NCBI GenBank assembly: GCA_030635055.1
Contig: DAOVZN010000002.1
Span: 17,481-81,480 of the forward strand
DNA: 64,000 bases
Direction of reading: 5' to 3'
From: a bacterium
GTDB taxonomy: Bacteria > Patescibacteriota > Minisyncoccia > Minisyncoccales > JAGLPU01
This document shows, piece by piece, positions 1 through 9,319 of this stretch. Within the stretch, counting starts at the first letter, position 1. Each line of letters begins with the position of its first letter. The position numbers and the translations under genes were made by a program. Under the pieces are notes generated by a model. That model was not told where the DNA came from. It saw only the letters and a list, made by a program, of their open reading frames with translations, and made no database searches.

Positions 1-465
1 TCTGAGAAATGCTCAGATCTGATTTATTGAATTTTATAATTAAGCCATCATTGTTGCCCTCCCCCTCCGACCATGTGTACCCAAGCGCATAAATATAATT
101 TCCGTCAACATAAACAGAAGTAAAATAATCATCACCGGTTCCTCCATAAACCTTTCTAGAGCTAATGCTCAAATCGGATTTGTTAAACTTCATAATTAGA
201 GCGTCGCTACCGCCTGTTCCTTCTGAAGCTGTACTCCCAACCGCATAAACATAATCACCGTCAACATAAACAGAAGTAAAAGAGTCAGCACCGGTTCCTC
301 CATAAATTTTTCTCTGAGAAATGCTCAGATCTAATTCATCAAATTTTATAATCAAAGCTTCTGTTCCGCCCTGCCCTTCTGAAGCTGTACTCCCAACCGC
401 ATAAACATAATTTCCGTCAACATAAACAGAAGAAAGAGTATCATCACCGGTTCCTCCATAAAGTT
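1..465 (-). repeat. 156-bp (52-aa) tandem coding repeat, beta-propeller-blade-like
   Basis: accggttcctccata recurs at 134, 290 and 446. Protein unit YGGTGxDxxxSVYVDGxYxYAxGxTxSEGxGxxxxLIxKFxxxDLSISxRK. Confidence 0.9.
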
Positions 466-3400
466 TCGAAAGGAGTTTATTTGCTTCTCCTCCATCATCA
501 TTCCTCCATCGATAATGAAGCTCATCAACATTGGGAACTCCTATTTCAGCATATTCTGAATAGACAAAAGTGCTGGTGGAATTGTTGTTGGTAAGACGCA
601 AACAATAACTGGTGGTGGCATGCTCTGTCATTCTGACCGCATATTCAAATTCAGTGTAATTGTCGCTAGGCAGAGAATGAGCCAGCGTCATATTATAATC
701 ATCTTCAATGCCATAGCCATCATACCAACTACCAACACCTGTTAAGTGACCCACAGTGGTACTGGCATTATTTACATAGTGAGTAGAATTAAACATTTCA
801 AAAGGACCAGAAGCGGTGCTGGTAGGAATAACGGAAAAACTACTGGCGGCGCAAGTGCCGTTTTTGGCCGCATATTCAAGCTGGTATTGATAATTAGTAG
901 CTGTTCCGCCGGTATTGGCAACCTCTATTCTCAAACGAACAGTGCTGCTGGCAGTCGTCACTAGTTCAGTGTTTTCAGCCGCCAGCCAGCCGTTGGTAGT
1001 AGTGCTTAAACTATCCAGATCCGCTCGCCAGCGGTAATAATTTTGAGTGAGAACAATTTCGTCTTCATTGTCATAAACAAAATAGGCATTCTGCATAACA
1101 TCATCACTGGCGGTCTCATGAGACTCCCAGGCGGCGTCCCAAGCAGAGCCGTTCCATTCAATGGTGGCAACATCATCCGTAACGCCAATCATGGTAAGCA
1201 TTATATTGTTTGAATGAGAATCAGAAGAAAGCTGATGCCAGTCAATGGCTTCCGGAGCGCTAGCAGACAATGTTTGTGGACTCCCCCAGCCGCTGGTGGT
1301 TGTCCATTCCCGATAAGTCGGCTGTGTCACTTCCAGGCCGTAAGTAAGAAGCGCGTTATAGCTATTACGCTCAAAACCCAGAGCAAAGCCTCTGCTGGCT
1401 TCGGTTACTCCGCCGATATCACCAGAAAGCTGGCTCTCGCTTCCCCAAGCGTCTCCGTCCCAACTATTCTGCTCCAAATCATCGTCATCATCCGCCACCA
1501 CAATAAGAATCTGATCGCTAGTGGGGTCGGGGTTAGCTTTCATTTCAATCCAAGTTTTTTCAGCAGTTGGAACTCCTCCTATAATATCGTTTAACACACT
1601 GAAATTTCCTGTTGACCTGGTCCAAAGATAGCCGTCTATGGCATGGTCTCCATCGGCGTAATGAGCCTCCACAAAATCTCCGGTATTGGACTCCCAAGCG
1701 CCATCAAAACTGAAACAGCCATCGCAAACTGAACAGTTATCATCTGTCTCCTGATAATGAGTAGTTGTGGTCCCGTCCCAAATCACAAGATGACAGTCAT
1801 CGGCCGTGTCATGCGCCATAACCGCAATGTAGTTTGTACCCGATTCTTTAACGCATCTGATCGTTGTCAACGGACCGCCGACATCCTGCAGAGTCTGTTC
1901 ATTTCCCCAGCTGCTTCCGCTCCATATCTTATAGCCAATGATACTTGTATTGCCGGCAGTCCGATAAAAGACCATAGCATCGCCGGACACCTGTTCATAA
2001 CAGACATCAAAAGAACGGTCGCCGGCAACTCCGCTGGCCGCCATTTCTTCCAAGTTTCCCCAGGAAGAACCATCCCAGACTTGGCAATTAGTAGTATCAT
2101 TAGAGTCCTTGGTGCATAAAACCTTTTCGTCGGAACTATTGCTGGGATGCGCCGCAACTTTTACCCACTCAATCGCGCCAGTCACATCTGAAGAGGTTGC
2201 TTCAGTAGCCCAGCCGTCAAGAGCATTGTGTGTTCTATACTCCGGAATTGAAGTGTCTCCTCCTCCCCGATAAACAAGCATATCCTCAACAGCCTCCGCA
2301 TCCGAAGCAATCTGCCACTGTCGAACTTCGCTGAACATTATAATATCGGACGAAGCATCTTCTCCATAGCTGAAAAAATCTCCAATTGCGTCTCCCGCTT
2401 TTTCAAATATGTTTTTCTCCTCTTCGTCGCCGCTGACAAGATCTTCGGCAGAATCGCTGTCAGTGGATTGATCTCCTCCAACTCTTAACGGACCCAATAA
2501 ATAAAGATAAGGGCTGATATCCGGCGCGTCAAATTGATACCGTAACTCATAAATCCCGCCTTCTCCCCATGCCACTTGCCAAATGATTTTTTTCATATTA
2601 TCTCGCATAGATATTCGCGCATTATCCGACTCCACGATCTTAAATCCAGTTGGAACTGTTTCTTTAATCTCACCGCTGAAATTTTCGCTGGCTTTTATTT
2701 TTAAAACCACTTCATAAGTCGCCGGAGGATAAATTCTGGTCGGTCCTATTCTTTCTATGTCAAAAGGAACCGACTCTCGAACTTCAAAGCGATCAATTAT
2801 TTCCGAGGAGGTATTTAGATTGGTTAATTCCATTTGATATGTCCCTGATTCGTTTGTTTGATAATAGGCAAAGTAATCAGGAACATTTGTCACATTGTTG
2901 CCTTTGCATTGGCCGCTATATTGAATAGTCCCATCTGCAGTGGATAAATTAGTTTCTGCCCCTGTTTCCAAATAAGTAATTTTTAAAGCCAAGTCAGCGT
3001 CGCAGATTGTATGCCCATTATCTTTTAAAACAGCCATTTGCAGATAAGCTTGTTCATTGGGAAGATAAATAGATTTATTGACATTGATAGCCAGCACTCC
3101 CCAGCCGAACTCCTGTTCAAATTCTTTCACTTCTCCATCCTCTTCAATCTTTAAAATTATTTCATAAAGTCCAGGCCTTCTTCCATTTTTTTCAAAAAAA
3201 TCAACCGGCAGTTTTACTGAAAACTCGCCATTGTTCTCAAATAAAATATCAGATGATATAGCTGAAATTTTTCCATGAGGGCCCCTAATCTCCACCTGAA
3301 CATTTATGCCATTCCAGTAATCAGTAATATTTAAAGCTTCCCCCAGCGAAGCAAGAAGACCTTTATTCATCTTTTTGTGCTTGAAACGAAATTCAGGAAT

Positions 3401-5440
3401 TTGGTTTGACTGAAAATCTTTTTTAATTGAGATTTGCTCAACCACTTGAAGTTCGGCCTCTGTCTCGCTTACTTCCACCCAAACGCTGTCAAGATAGACC
3501 TCAATGTTTCTTTCTCCGCCGATTACTCCTTCAAATTTAATCTGCAAATTTTCAATGTCTTTCCAATTCTCTAGAAACGAAGCATCATATTCAAAATAGC
3601 CATTGTTTGATTTATTAGACAAAGGATATTCAGAAATTTCATCAAGCGTCCACCAAACTATGCCATCTAATGAATAGGAAATTCTAATTTTTGTGTCAAC
3701 GCCCAATAGCATATCGTCATTTCTATAGGAATCAGAAACACTGGGTTCTTCGTTGTATTCATCGTCCTCTTCAACAACAGAGAAGCTCTCTTCATCAGTA
3801 GAACTTGCGTTGGCAAAAACATCAGGATCATCGCTTAAGATAGGATCTGTGCTTGTAACATTTACTGGCTCAATAATCTCTATTAAATCAACTGTCTTTG
3901 TGTCGGTATCTATTATACTGCTTAAAACATCAGGGTATTCTTCAGCGTTAACATCCAAACTATCAAACACTCCTTTAAACTTCTCTACTTGCCGAGCTAT
4001 CGCCCGCTTTGCTTCAAATGCTTTTTGAGCAACTTGTTCAGCCACGCATTTTATCTTCCCGATTTGTTCAATCACTGTTTGTTTTATTTTTCCAAAGAAT
4101 TTCTCAGCTCTGTTTAAAATATCTGTTTCTTCTGGAGCCGGAGCAAGCTCTTTCTCCTCCAGCAGGAAAATATCCGGTTTTATTTCATCAATAGCAAAAG
4201 ATATTTTTATTTTAACCGATTGAAAAACATTGTCTTCTTGGGCGATGACTGAATTTTCAAAATTAAATAGATTCTTTATTTCTTTTATCCCTTTGGAAAA
4301 AGTATTTTTAATCGGAGTAAAAAATGAAGCTTCTTCTAGACCTAAATCTTCTTCAAAAATAACTTCATCAGACGATTCTTCAGTATCCGTTTTGAGAATG
4401 TCATCTATCAATAATTCATCGTGAGTTTCAATGCCATCATCAGTGCTGGTGGAAAATAAGTCGTCAGTAAAAGTTTCAGCTTCCTCGGGAACAGCGGCAT
4501 CAAAGGATTCTTCAGTGTCAACGCTGAGAATATCATCTATCAATAATTCATCGGTTGGCAAAGAGTCAGTGGAAACAATAAACAAGTCATCGTGAGTTTC
4601 AATGCCATCATCAGTGCTGGTGGAAAATAAGTCGTCAGTAAAAGTTTCAGCTTCCTCCTCTTCCGGCAACTCTTTTTTCTTCAGGGGGACTGTCTCTTCT
4701 TCCGCCTTGAAATTTTGGCAAACAAGATTTAAAGCTCCATGGCTGTAAACTGCTGAATTTTCTCCAGAAAAATTATCAATATCTCCCTTGGAATTGACTT
4801 CCGGCGGGCCAATAACATTTTTGGAGTTTGTCCAGCTTCCCTGAACATTAGTGGCATAGAGCTTTGTTATTTTTGTCTTATCTGTAAAGGCTTGGATTGA
4901 ATTGTGTAAAAATTTTATTGGTCCAGTTCCAAAAATCACTATAATGACGCAAGCCAAACCAAAACGCCAGCTAAGGCCAACAGCCCGTTTAAGAATTTGC
5001 TTTACAAGAAACAGCTTTGGATTTTCTTTTCGTTCTTTCTTTCGATTATCACGTAATTTTTTATATCTTCTCACTATTTTTTCCGATAGCTCCCATGAAG
5101 TTTGCTCATAAGATTTTTGGCCGGTTATTTTTCCTTTTCTAATCAACCAGCCGATGTAGTCAGGAGCATAACCTGAAATTTCTGCCGCTTCTTTTAAAGA
5201 AACCAGCTTTCTGTTTTTAAAAAAATCCAGGCAGTCTTTCTTGTAAACAAATTTCTTATTATTCTTGGAAGCATAATTTAAAATCGCTTGCTTGGATATC
5301 TTCCATGTTTTCTTTGAAAATACTTTTCTGCCGGTTATTTTTCCTTTTCTAATCAGCAAACCAATATAATCCGGAGCATAATCCAGTATTGCTGCCGCCT
5401 CTTTGAGCGATATGAAATTATGTTTTTTATTAGCCGGCAT
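1..5440 (-). CDS. Giant membrane-anchored surface protein (>1813 aa, 3' end beyond the window): 2 HTH repeats, TM helix, acidic repeats, large extracellular beta-rich region with propeller-like repeats
   Basis: ATG at 5440 (MPANKKHNFISLKEAAAILDYAPDYIGLLIRKGKI). The same frame reads ...YTWSEGEGNNDGLIIKFNKSDLSISQ at base 1. It is missing from the ORF track, consistent with no in-window stop. Hydrophobic segment WRFGLACVIIVIFGTG near 4925-4972. Confidence 0.9.
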   Translation of the reverse strand, partial: MPANKKHNFISLKEAAAILDYAPDYIGLLIRKGKITGRKVFSKKTWKISKQAILNYASKNNKKFVYKKDCLDFFKNRKLVSLKEAAEISGYAPDYIGWLIRKGKITGQKSYEQTSWELSEKIVRRYKKLRDNRKKERKENPKLFLVKQILKRAVGLSWRFGLACVIIVIFGTGPIKFLHNSIQAFTDKTKITKLYATNVQGSWTNSKNVIGPPEVNSKGDIDNFSGENSAVYSHGALNLVCQNFKAEEETVPLKKKELPEEEEAETFTDDLFSTSTDDGIETHDDLFIVSTDSLPTDELLIDDILSVDTEESFDAAVPEEAETFTDDLFSTSTDDGIETHDELLIDDILKTDTEESSDEVIFEEDLGLEEASFFTPIKNTFSKGIKEIKNLFNFENSVIAQEDNVFQSVKIKISFAIDEIKPDIFLLEEKELAPAPEETDILNRAEKFFGKIKQTVIEQIGKIKCVAEQVAQKAFEAKRAIARQVEKFKGVFDSLDVNAEEYPDVLSSIIDTDTKTVDLIEIIEPVNVTSTDPILSDDPDVFANASSTDEESFSVVEEDDEYNEEPSVSDSYRNDDMLLGVDTKIRISYSLDGIVWWTLDEISEYPLSNKSNNGYFEYDASFLENWKDIENLQIKFEGVIGGERNIEVYLDSVWVEVSETEAELQVVEQISIKKDFQSNQIPEFRFKHKKMNKGLLASLGEALNITDYWNGINVQVEIRGPHGKISAISSDILFENNGEFSVKLPVDFFEKNGRRPGLYEIILKIEEDGEVKEFEQEFGWGVLAINVNKSIYLPNEQAYLQMAVLKDNGHTICDADLALKITYLETGAETNLSTADGTIQYSGQCKGNNVTNVPDYFAYYQTNESGTYQMELTNLNTSSEIIDRFEVRESVPFDIERIGPTRIYPPATYEVVLKIKASENFSGEIKETVPTGFKIVESDNARISMRDNMKKIIWQVAWGEGGIYELRYQFDAPDISPYLYLLGPLRVGGDQSTDSDSAEDLVSGDEEEKNIFEKAGDAIGDFFSYGEDASSDIIMFSEVRQWQIASDAEAVEDMLVYRGGGDTSIPEYRTHNALDGWATEATSSDVTGAIEWVKVAAHPSNSSDEKVLCTKDSNDTTNCQVWDGSSWGNLEEMAASGVAGDRSFDVCYEQVSGDAMVFYRTAGNTSIIGYKIWSGSSWGNEQTLQDVGGPLTTIRCVKESGTNYIAVMAHDTADDCHLVIWDGTTTTHYQETDDNCSVCDGCFSFDGAWESNTGDFVEAHYADGDHAIDGYLWTRSTGNFSVLNDIIGGVPTAEKTWIEMKANPDPTSDQILIVVADDDDDLEQNSWDGDAWGSESQLSGDIGGVTEASRGFALGFERNSYNALLTYGLEVTQPTYREWTTTSGWGSPQTLSASAPEAIDWHQLSSDSHSNNIMLTMIGVTDDVATIEWNGSAWDAAWESHETASDDVMQNAYFVYDNEDEIVLTQNYYRWRADLDSLSTTTNGWLAAENTELVTTASSTVRLRIEVANTGGTATNYQYQLEYAAKNGTCAASSFSVIPTSTASGPFEMFNSTHYVNNASTTVGHLTGVGSWYDGYGIEDDYNMTLAHSLPSDNYTEFEYAVRMTEHATTSYCLRLTNNNSTSTFVYSEYAEIGVPNVDELHYRWRNDDGGEANKLLSKLYGGTGDDTLSSVYVDGNYVYAVGSTASEGQGGTEALIIKFDELDLSISQRKIYGGTGADSFTSVYVDGDYVYAVGSTASEGTGGSDALIMKFNKSDLSISSRKVYGGTGDDYFTSVYVDGNYIYALGYTWSEGEGNNDGLIIKFNKSDLSISQ
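4393..4657 (-). repeat. Internal direct repeats in the acidic linker of the giant protein
   Basis: About 71 bp identical at 4416-4486 and 4587-4657 (EEAETFTDDLFSTSTDDGIETHD). A second ~28-bp near-identical pair lies at 4393-4421 and 4525-4552. Confidence 0.85.
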
Positions 5441-5552
5441 TATCTAATTTTAGATTAATTTAAAAAGGTTTTTATTAAATCTCGTGAGGCGAGATTTCTT
5501 TATTTTAACATATTTTAAAAGACTTTTATTGTGGAAAACTATTTTAAGCAAC

Positions 5553-5580
5553 AAAAAAAACGAACCTATGTTCGTTTCTT
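5553..5580 (-). terminator. Intrinsic terminator of the 16S transcript
   Basis: Minus strand AAACGAAC-ATAG-GTTCGTTT followed by a T run, just beyond the 16S processing stem. Confidence 0.7.
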
Positions 5581-5699
5581 TGTTTTGTTTAGTTTTTTGA
5601 AGTTGCCCTAATAATCGAGATTTAAGACTCCTCGATCAACATCCTGCAGTTGAATTCAGAATTCTAAAATTCAACCGCAATCGACACTTTTCAAATAAA

Positions 5700-7185
5700 T
5701 GTAATGATCCATCGACAGGTTCCCCTACCGATGCCTTGTTACGACTTCACCCTTATTACTGGCTTTACCTTAGGTCCCGCCGAGGCGGGAACTTCGGGTA
5801 CTGTCAGCTCTCTTGGTGTGACGGGCGGTGAGTACAAGACTCAGGAACGTATTCATCGCCACATGGCTGATTGGCGATTACTAGCGATTCCAACTTCATG
5901 AGGTCGAATTGCAGACCTCAATCCGAACTGAGAGACCGTTTGGTGGGATTAGCTCCGCCTTGCGGCTTGGCAACCCATTGTCAGTCCCATTGTATCATGT
6001 GTGCAGCCCAAGGTATCAAAGGGCCATGCTGATTTGGCGTCATCCCCACCTTCCTCCCAATTGTCTCGGGCAGTCCTCCATGACATATAAAACATAGAGT
6101 AGGGGTTGCGCAGGTTTCCCCATTTAAGGGAGCGCTTCACAGCACCTGCTGACGACAACCATGCAGCACCTGGGTTAGTGCCTTGTGGGGGCCCTGCGTT
6201 TCTGCAGGGTTTCACTAACTTGTCAAACCTTGGTAAGGTTCCTCGCTTATCATCGAATTAAGCCACATGATCCACCGCTTGTGTGAGTCCCCGTCTATTT
6301 CTTTGAGTTTTAGCCTTGCGGCCGTACTTCCCAGGCGGGATACTTAACGCGTTAGCTTCGCCACTTGAAGGGTCGACACTTCAAATAGCTAGTATCCATC
6401 GTTTACGGCGTGGAATACAAGGGTATCTAATCCTTTTTTATGCCCACGCTTTCGTCTCTCAGCGTCAGGGTCGCCCCAGCTGAATGCCTTCGCTTTTGGT
6501 ATTCCGGTCGATATCAACGGATTTCACCCCTACACCGACCGTTCCATCAGCCTCTAGCGCCCTCTAGTTTAGAAGTTTTTTTGGCATTCCAAAAGTTGAG
6601 CTCTTAGTCTTTAACCAAAAACTTTCTAAACCGCCTACAGACTCTTTACGCCCAATAAATCCGGATAACGCTTGGGGTACTCGTATTACCGCTCCTGCTG
6701 GCACGAGTTTAGGAACCCCTTATTCAACCGGTACCGTCAATAATTTCTTCCCGGTTAAAAGAATTTTACACCCCGAAGGGCTTCTTCATCCACGCGATGT
6801 CGCTCCGTCAGGCTTTCGCCCATTGCGGAAGATTCTCGACTGCTGCCTCCCGTAGGAGTATGGTCCGTTCTCAATACCATTGTTGGGGAACACACTCTCA
6901 TGACCCCTACCCGTCATAGCCTTGGTAAGCCATTACCTTACCAACAAGCTGATAGGCCGCAACCTCTTCCAATACCGATTTGCATCTTTACCGAACACTC
7001 AGTAAACTAAATGTTCGGACCATCGGGAATTAGCCTAGATTTCTCTAAGTTATGCCCGTGTACTGGGTAGATAGTTACGTGTTACTAACCCGTTTGCCAC
7101 TCCCTGCCGAAACAGGGCGTTCGACTTGCATGCCTTATCCACATCGCCAGCGTTCATCCTGAGCCAGAATCAAACTCTCAAAAAA
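5700..7185 (-). rRNA. rrs: 16S rRNA, unlinked from 23S, no evident intron, lacking the anti-SD
   Basis: Minus strand AGAGTTTGATTCTGGCTCAG at 7178-7159, ACTCCTACGGGAGGCAGCAG, and AAGTCGTAACAAGG...GGATCA near 5705. About 1485 nt; ends are approximate. Confidence 0.98.
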
Positions 7186-7311
7186 TGTTTTGATAAAAAA
7201 ATCAAAACATAAAATAGATTAGGACAACTTCAAAAAACTAAAATTGAACTAATATTTAGCTCACAAACAAACTACTTTAAATTTTCAAAATACTTCATTC
7301 TTTGTAGTACC

Positions 7312-7340
7312 ATACTATCCTTTATTAAAATTCTTGTCAA
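7312..7340 (-). promoter_or_regulatory. Sigma70 promoter of the 16S gene, with a boxA-like motif in the leader
   Basis: TTGACA (7340-7335), 17 bp, TAGTAT (7317-7312). Leader contains GTATTTTGAAAA (~7293-7282). Confidence 0.8.
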
Positions 7341-7346
7341 GCAATG

Positions 7347-7418
7347 AGCCAGCGGTCGGACTCGAACCAACGACCGACTGTTTACAAAACAGTTGCTCTA
7401 CCACTGAGCTACGCTGGC
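7347..7418 (-). tRNA. tRNA-Thr(TGT), CCA not encoded
   Basis: GCCAGCG acceptor stem, anticodon arm ACTGT-TTTGTAA-ACAGT, T loop TTCGAGT. Confidence 0.95.
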
Positions 7419-7423
7419 AAAAA

Positions 7424-7807
7424 TTATTCAGCACTTTTTTTAACTCTAACTCTCTTCCTCTTTATCGACTTACTAGTCTTTTTCAACTCCTCCCAATAAT
7501 TATCCTTACCATTAATCCTATCTTGCTGAGATAATCTTTGTATTAAATTATTTGTTTTATTTTCAGTTTTTAAGCTCAAAATACGAACATGTAAAAGAAT
7601 TTTTTGTAAGAAATTTTTATGATTAAAAGATTTAGACGGCACTAATTCTTTAACTTTTGATTTAGCTCTGGTAAAAATATCTTGATCGCAAATATCTCCA
7701 TCAAAAGACAATTGGGCCAATACTGGAATTTTCCAAATTGATAACGCCGTCAAAATTCCTAAACTACAAATTAAAATAATTATTGCAATTAATTCAATCA
7801 TAATCAA
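7424..7807 (-). CDS. Hypothetical protein with N-terminal TM helix
   Basis: 127-aa ORF directly after tsf, with a hydrophobic N-terminus. Confidence 0.7.
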   Translation of the reverse strand: MIMIELIAIIILICSLGILTALSIWKIPVLAQLSFDGDICDQDIFTRAKSKVKELVPSKSFNHKNFLQKILLHVRILSLKTENKTNNLIQRLSQQDRINGKDNYWEELKKTSKSIKRKRVRVKKSAE

Positions 7808-7808
7808 A

Positions 7809-8393
7809 TTATATTTCGTACCTAGTGAATTTTTTAACTAAAATATTCTCTTTTAGCTTGGTGATGGATTCTTCAATTAATCCTTGAATTGTTTTGCTTT
7901 CGTCTTTAATCCATGCTTGCGACAGAAGCGAAATTCTTTTTTCGTATTTATTTATCTTGCCAGCAATAATTTGCTCAAGGATTTCTTTAGGTTTATCTTT
8001 ATCTTTCATTTGTTCTTGGTATATACATTTCTCCTTTTCTAAAACTTCAGCAGGGATGTCTTCCTCTTTTAAATATAAAGGTTTAGCGGCCGCAATCTGT
8101 AAGCAGACTTCATGTGCCAGTTCTTTGAATCCTTCTGATTTTGCCACAAAATCTGATTCGCAAAGCAACTCCATCATTACTCCAATTTTCCCGTTAGGGT
8201 GAATATAAGTTACAATAATGCCTTGATCTACTTCTCTATCTGATTTCTTTTGAGCCAATTGAGAACCCCACTTGCGCAAAATTTCCTTAGCAGCTTCAAT
8301 ATCTCCATTTGTTTCTTCAATAGCTTTTTTGCACTGCATAAAAGAAACATCAGTTTCTTCACGCAGTTGTTTTATTTGTTCGATGTTCGCCAT
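7809..8393 (-). CDS. tsf: Elongation factor Ts (short form)
   Basis: IKQLREETDVSFMQCKKAI and ELLCESDFVA motifs. Start moved to MANIEQ at 8393. Follows rpsB. Confidence 0.95.
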   Translation of the reverse strand: MANIEQIKQLREETDVSFMQCKKAIEETNGDIEAAKEILRKWGSQLAQKKSDREVDQGIIVTYIHPNGKIGVMMELLCESDFVAKSEGFKELAHEVCLQIAAAKPLYLKEEDIPAEVLEKEKCIYQEQMKDKDKPKEILEQIIAGKINKYEKRISLLSQAWIKDESKTIQGLIEESITKLKENILVKKFTRYEI

Positions 8394-8397
8394 AATA

Positions 8398-9237
8398 TTA
8401 TTTTTCTTTAAGAATTTCTTGCTCTGTTCCTGAATCATTTTTCTCTGAGACAGCTTGCTTTTCTTTCTTATTATCTTCGGCTGGTTTTTTGACTCCTTGT
8501 TTAGCCTTTAATACAATTTCTTTGGCTTTTTCCAAAATATATTTTATTGAGCTAAGAGCATCGTCATTCGCCGGAATAGGATAATCCACTAAGCCAGGAT
8601 CTACATTAGTGTCAATTATTCCTATAACTTTCACTCCTTTTATTTTAGCTTCCTTGACAGCTAAAATATCTTTTTTAACATCTAAAACAAAAATAGCGTT
8701 CGGGAGTTTTTCTAAATCTTTAATTCCTCCAAACTTTGTCTTAAGTTTTTGTAACTCTTTATCTATTTTAATTTTCTCTTTCTTTTTGTACTTTTCTAAA
8801 CCTCCTTCTGCTTTTTTCTTTTCTAAATCTTTAAAATATTCCACTCTTTTCTTGATGGTTTCAAAATTAGTAAAAGTCCCTCCAATCCATCTTTCCGTCA
8901 CATAAGAAAAACCACATTCTTCAGCAAAGCCTTTCGCTAGATTTTTAATTTGAATTTTGGTTCCTACTAAAATCAAATTTTTCTCGTCAGCGATAAGCTT
9001 TTCGATAAATCTTAAAGCCTCTTCAAATTTTTCTGCGGTTGCTTCCAGGCTAATAATATGGACAGCACTTCTTGTTCCATATATATATGGTTTCATTTTG
9101 GGATGAATTTGGGAAGCACGGTGCCCGAAATGAACTCCTGCTTTCAGCATTTCATCTAAATCAATGCCAAAATCACAAGTTATGCTAGAGCTTTTTTTGG
9201 CAAGCTCTTTTTCTTTTGTCTCTTTAATTGTTATCAT
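8398..9237 (-). CDS. rpsB: 30S ribosomal protein S2
   Basis: MLKAGVHFGH, RWIGGTFTNF, IPANDDA motifs. Confidence 0.97.
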   Translation of the reverse strand: MITIKETKEKELAKKSSSITCDFGIDLDEMLKAGVHFGHRASQIHPKMKPYIYGTRSAVHIISLEATAEKFEEALRFIEKLIADEKNLILVGTKIQIKNLAKGFAEECGFSYVTERWIGGTFTNFETIKKRVEYFKDLEKKKAEGGLEKYKKKEKIKIDKELQKLKTKFGGIKDLEKLPNAIFVLDVKKDILAVKEAKIKGVKVIGIIDTNVDPGLVDYPIPANDDALSSIKYILEKAKEIVLKAKQGVKKPAEDNKKEKQAVSEKNDSGTEQEILKEK

Positions 9238-9319
9238 AATAAATCTAATATATCATATAAAAAAAAATAATCAAGTGTAAGTCTTGATTTTTTAAAATAT
9301 TTTTGATAGTATTAGAAAT

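Noticed and set aside
1-465. Periodic repeats as a CRISPR array
   Set aside because: The period is 156 bp (a multiple of 3), the repeats are degenerate and in frame within a protein, and there are no unique spacers or cas genes.
4416-4657. Duplicated block as a DGR template/variable repeat pair
   Set aside because: The copies are identical rather than differing at adenines, both lie mid-gene, and no reverse transcriptase is in the window.
746-5111. Short ORF-track calls in the first 5 kb
   Set aside because: They are antisense or off-frame shadows of the single giant minus-strand ORF.
5704-6215. ORFs of 62-88 aa
   Set aside because: They lie inside the 16S rRNA gene.
5700-7185. Intron or insertion in the 16S gene, as often seen in CPR
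   Set aside because: The length is normal (~1485 nt) and the conserved motifs are at expected spacing.
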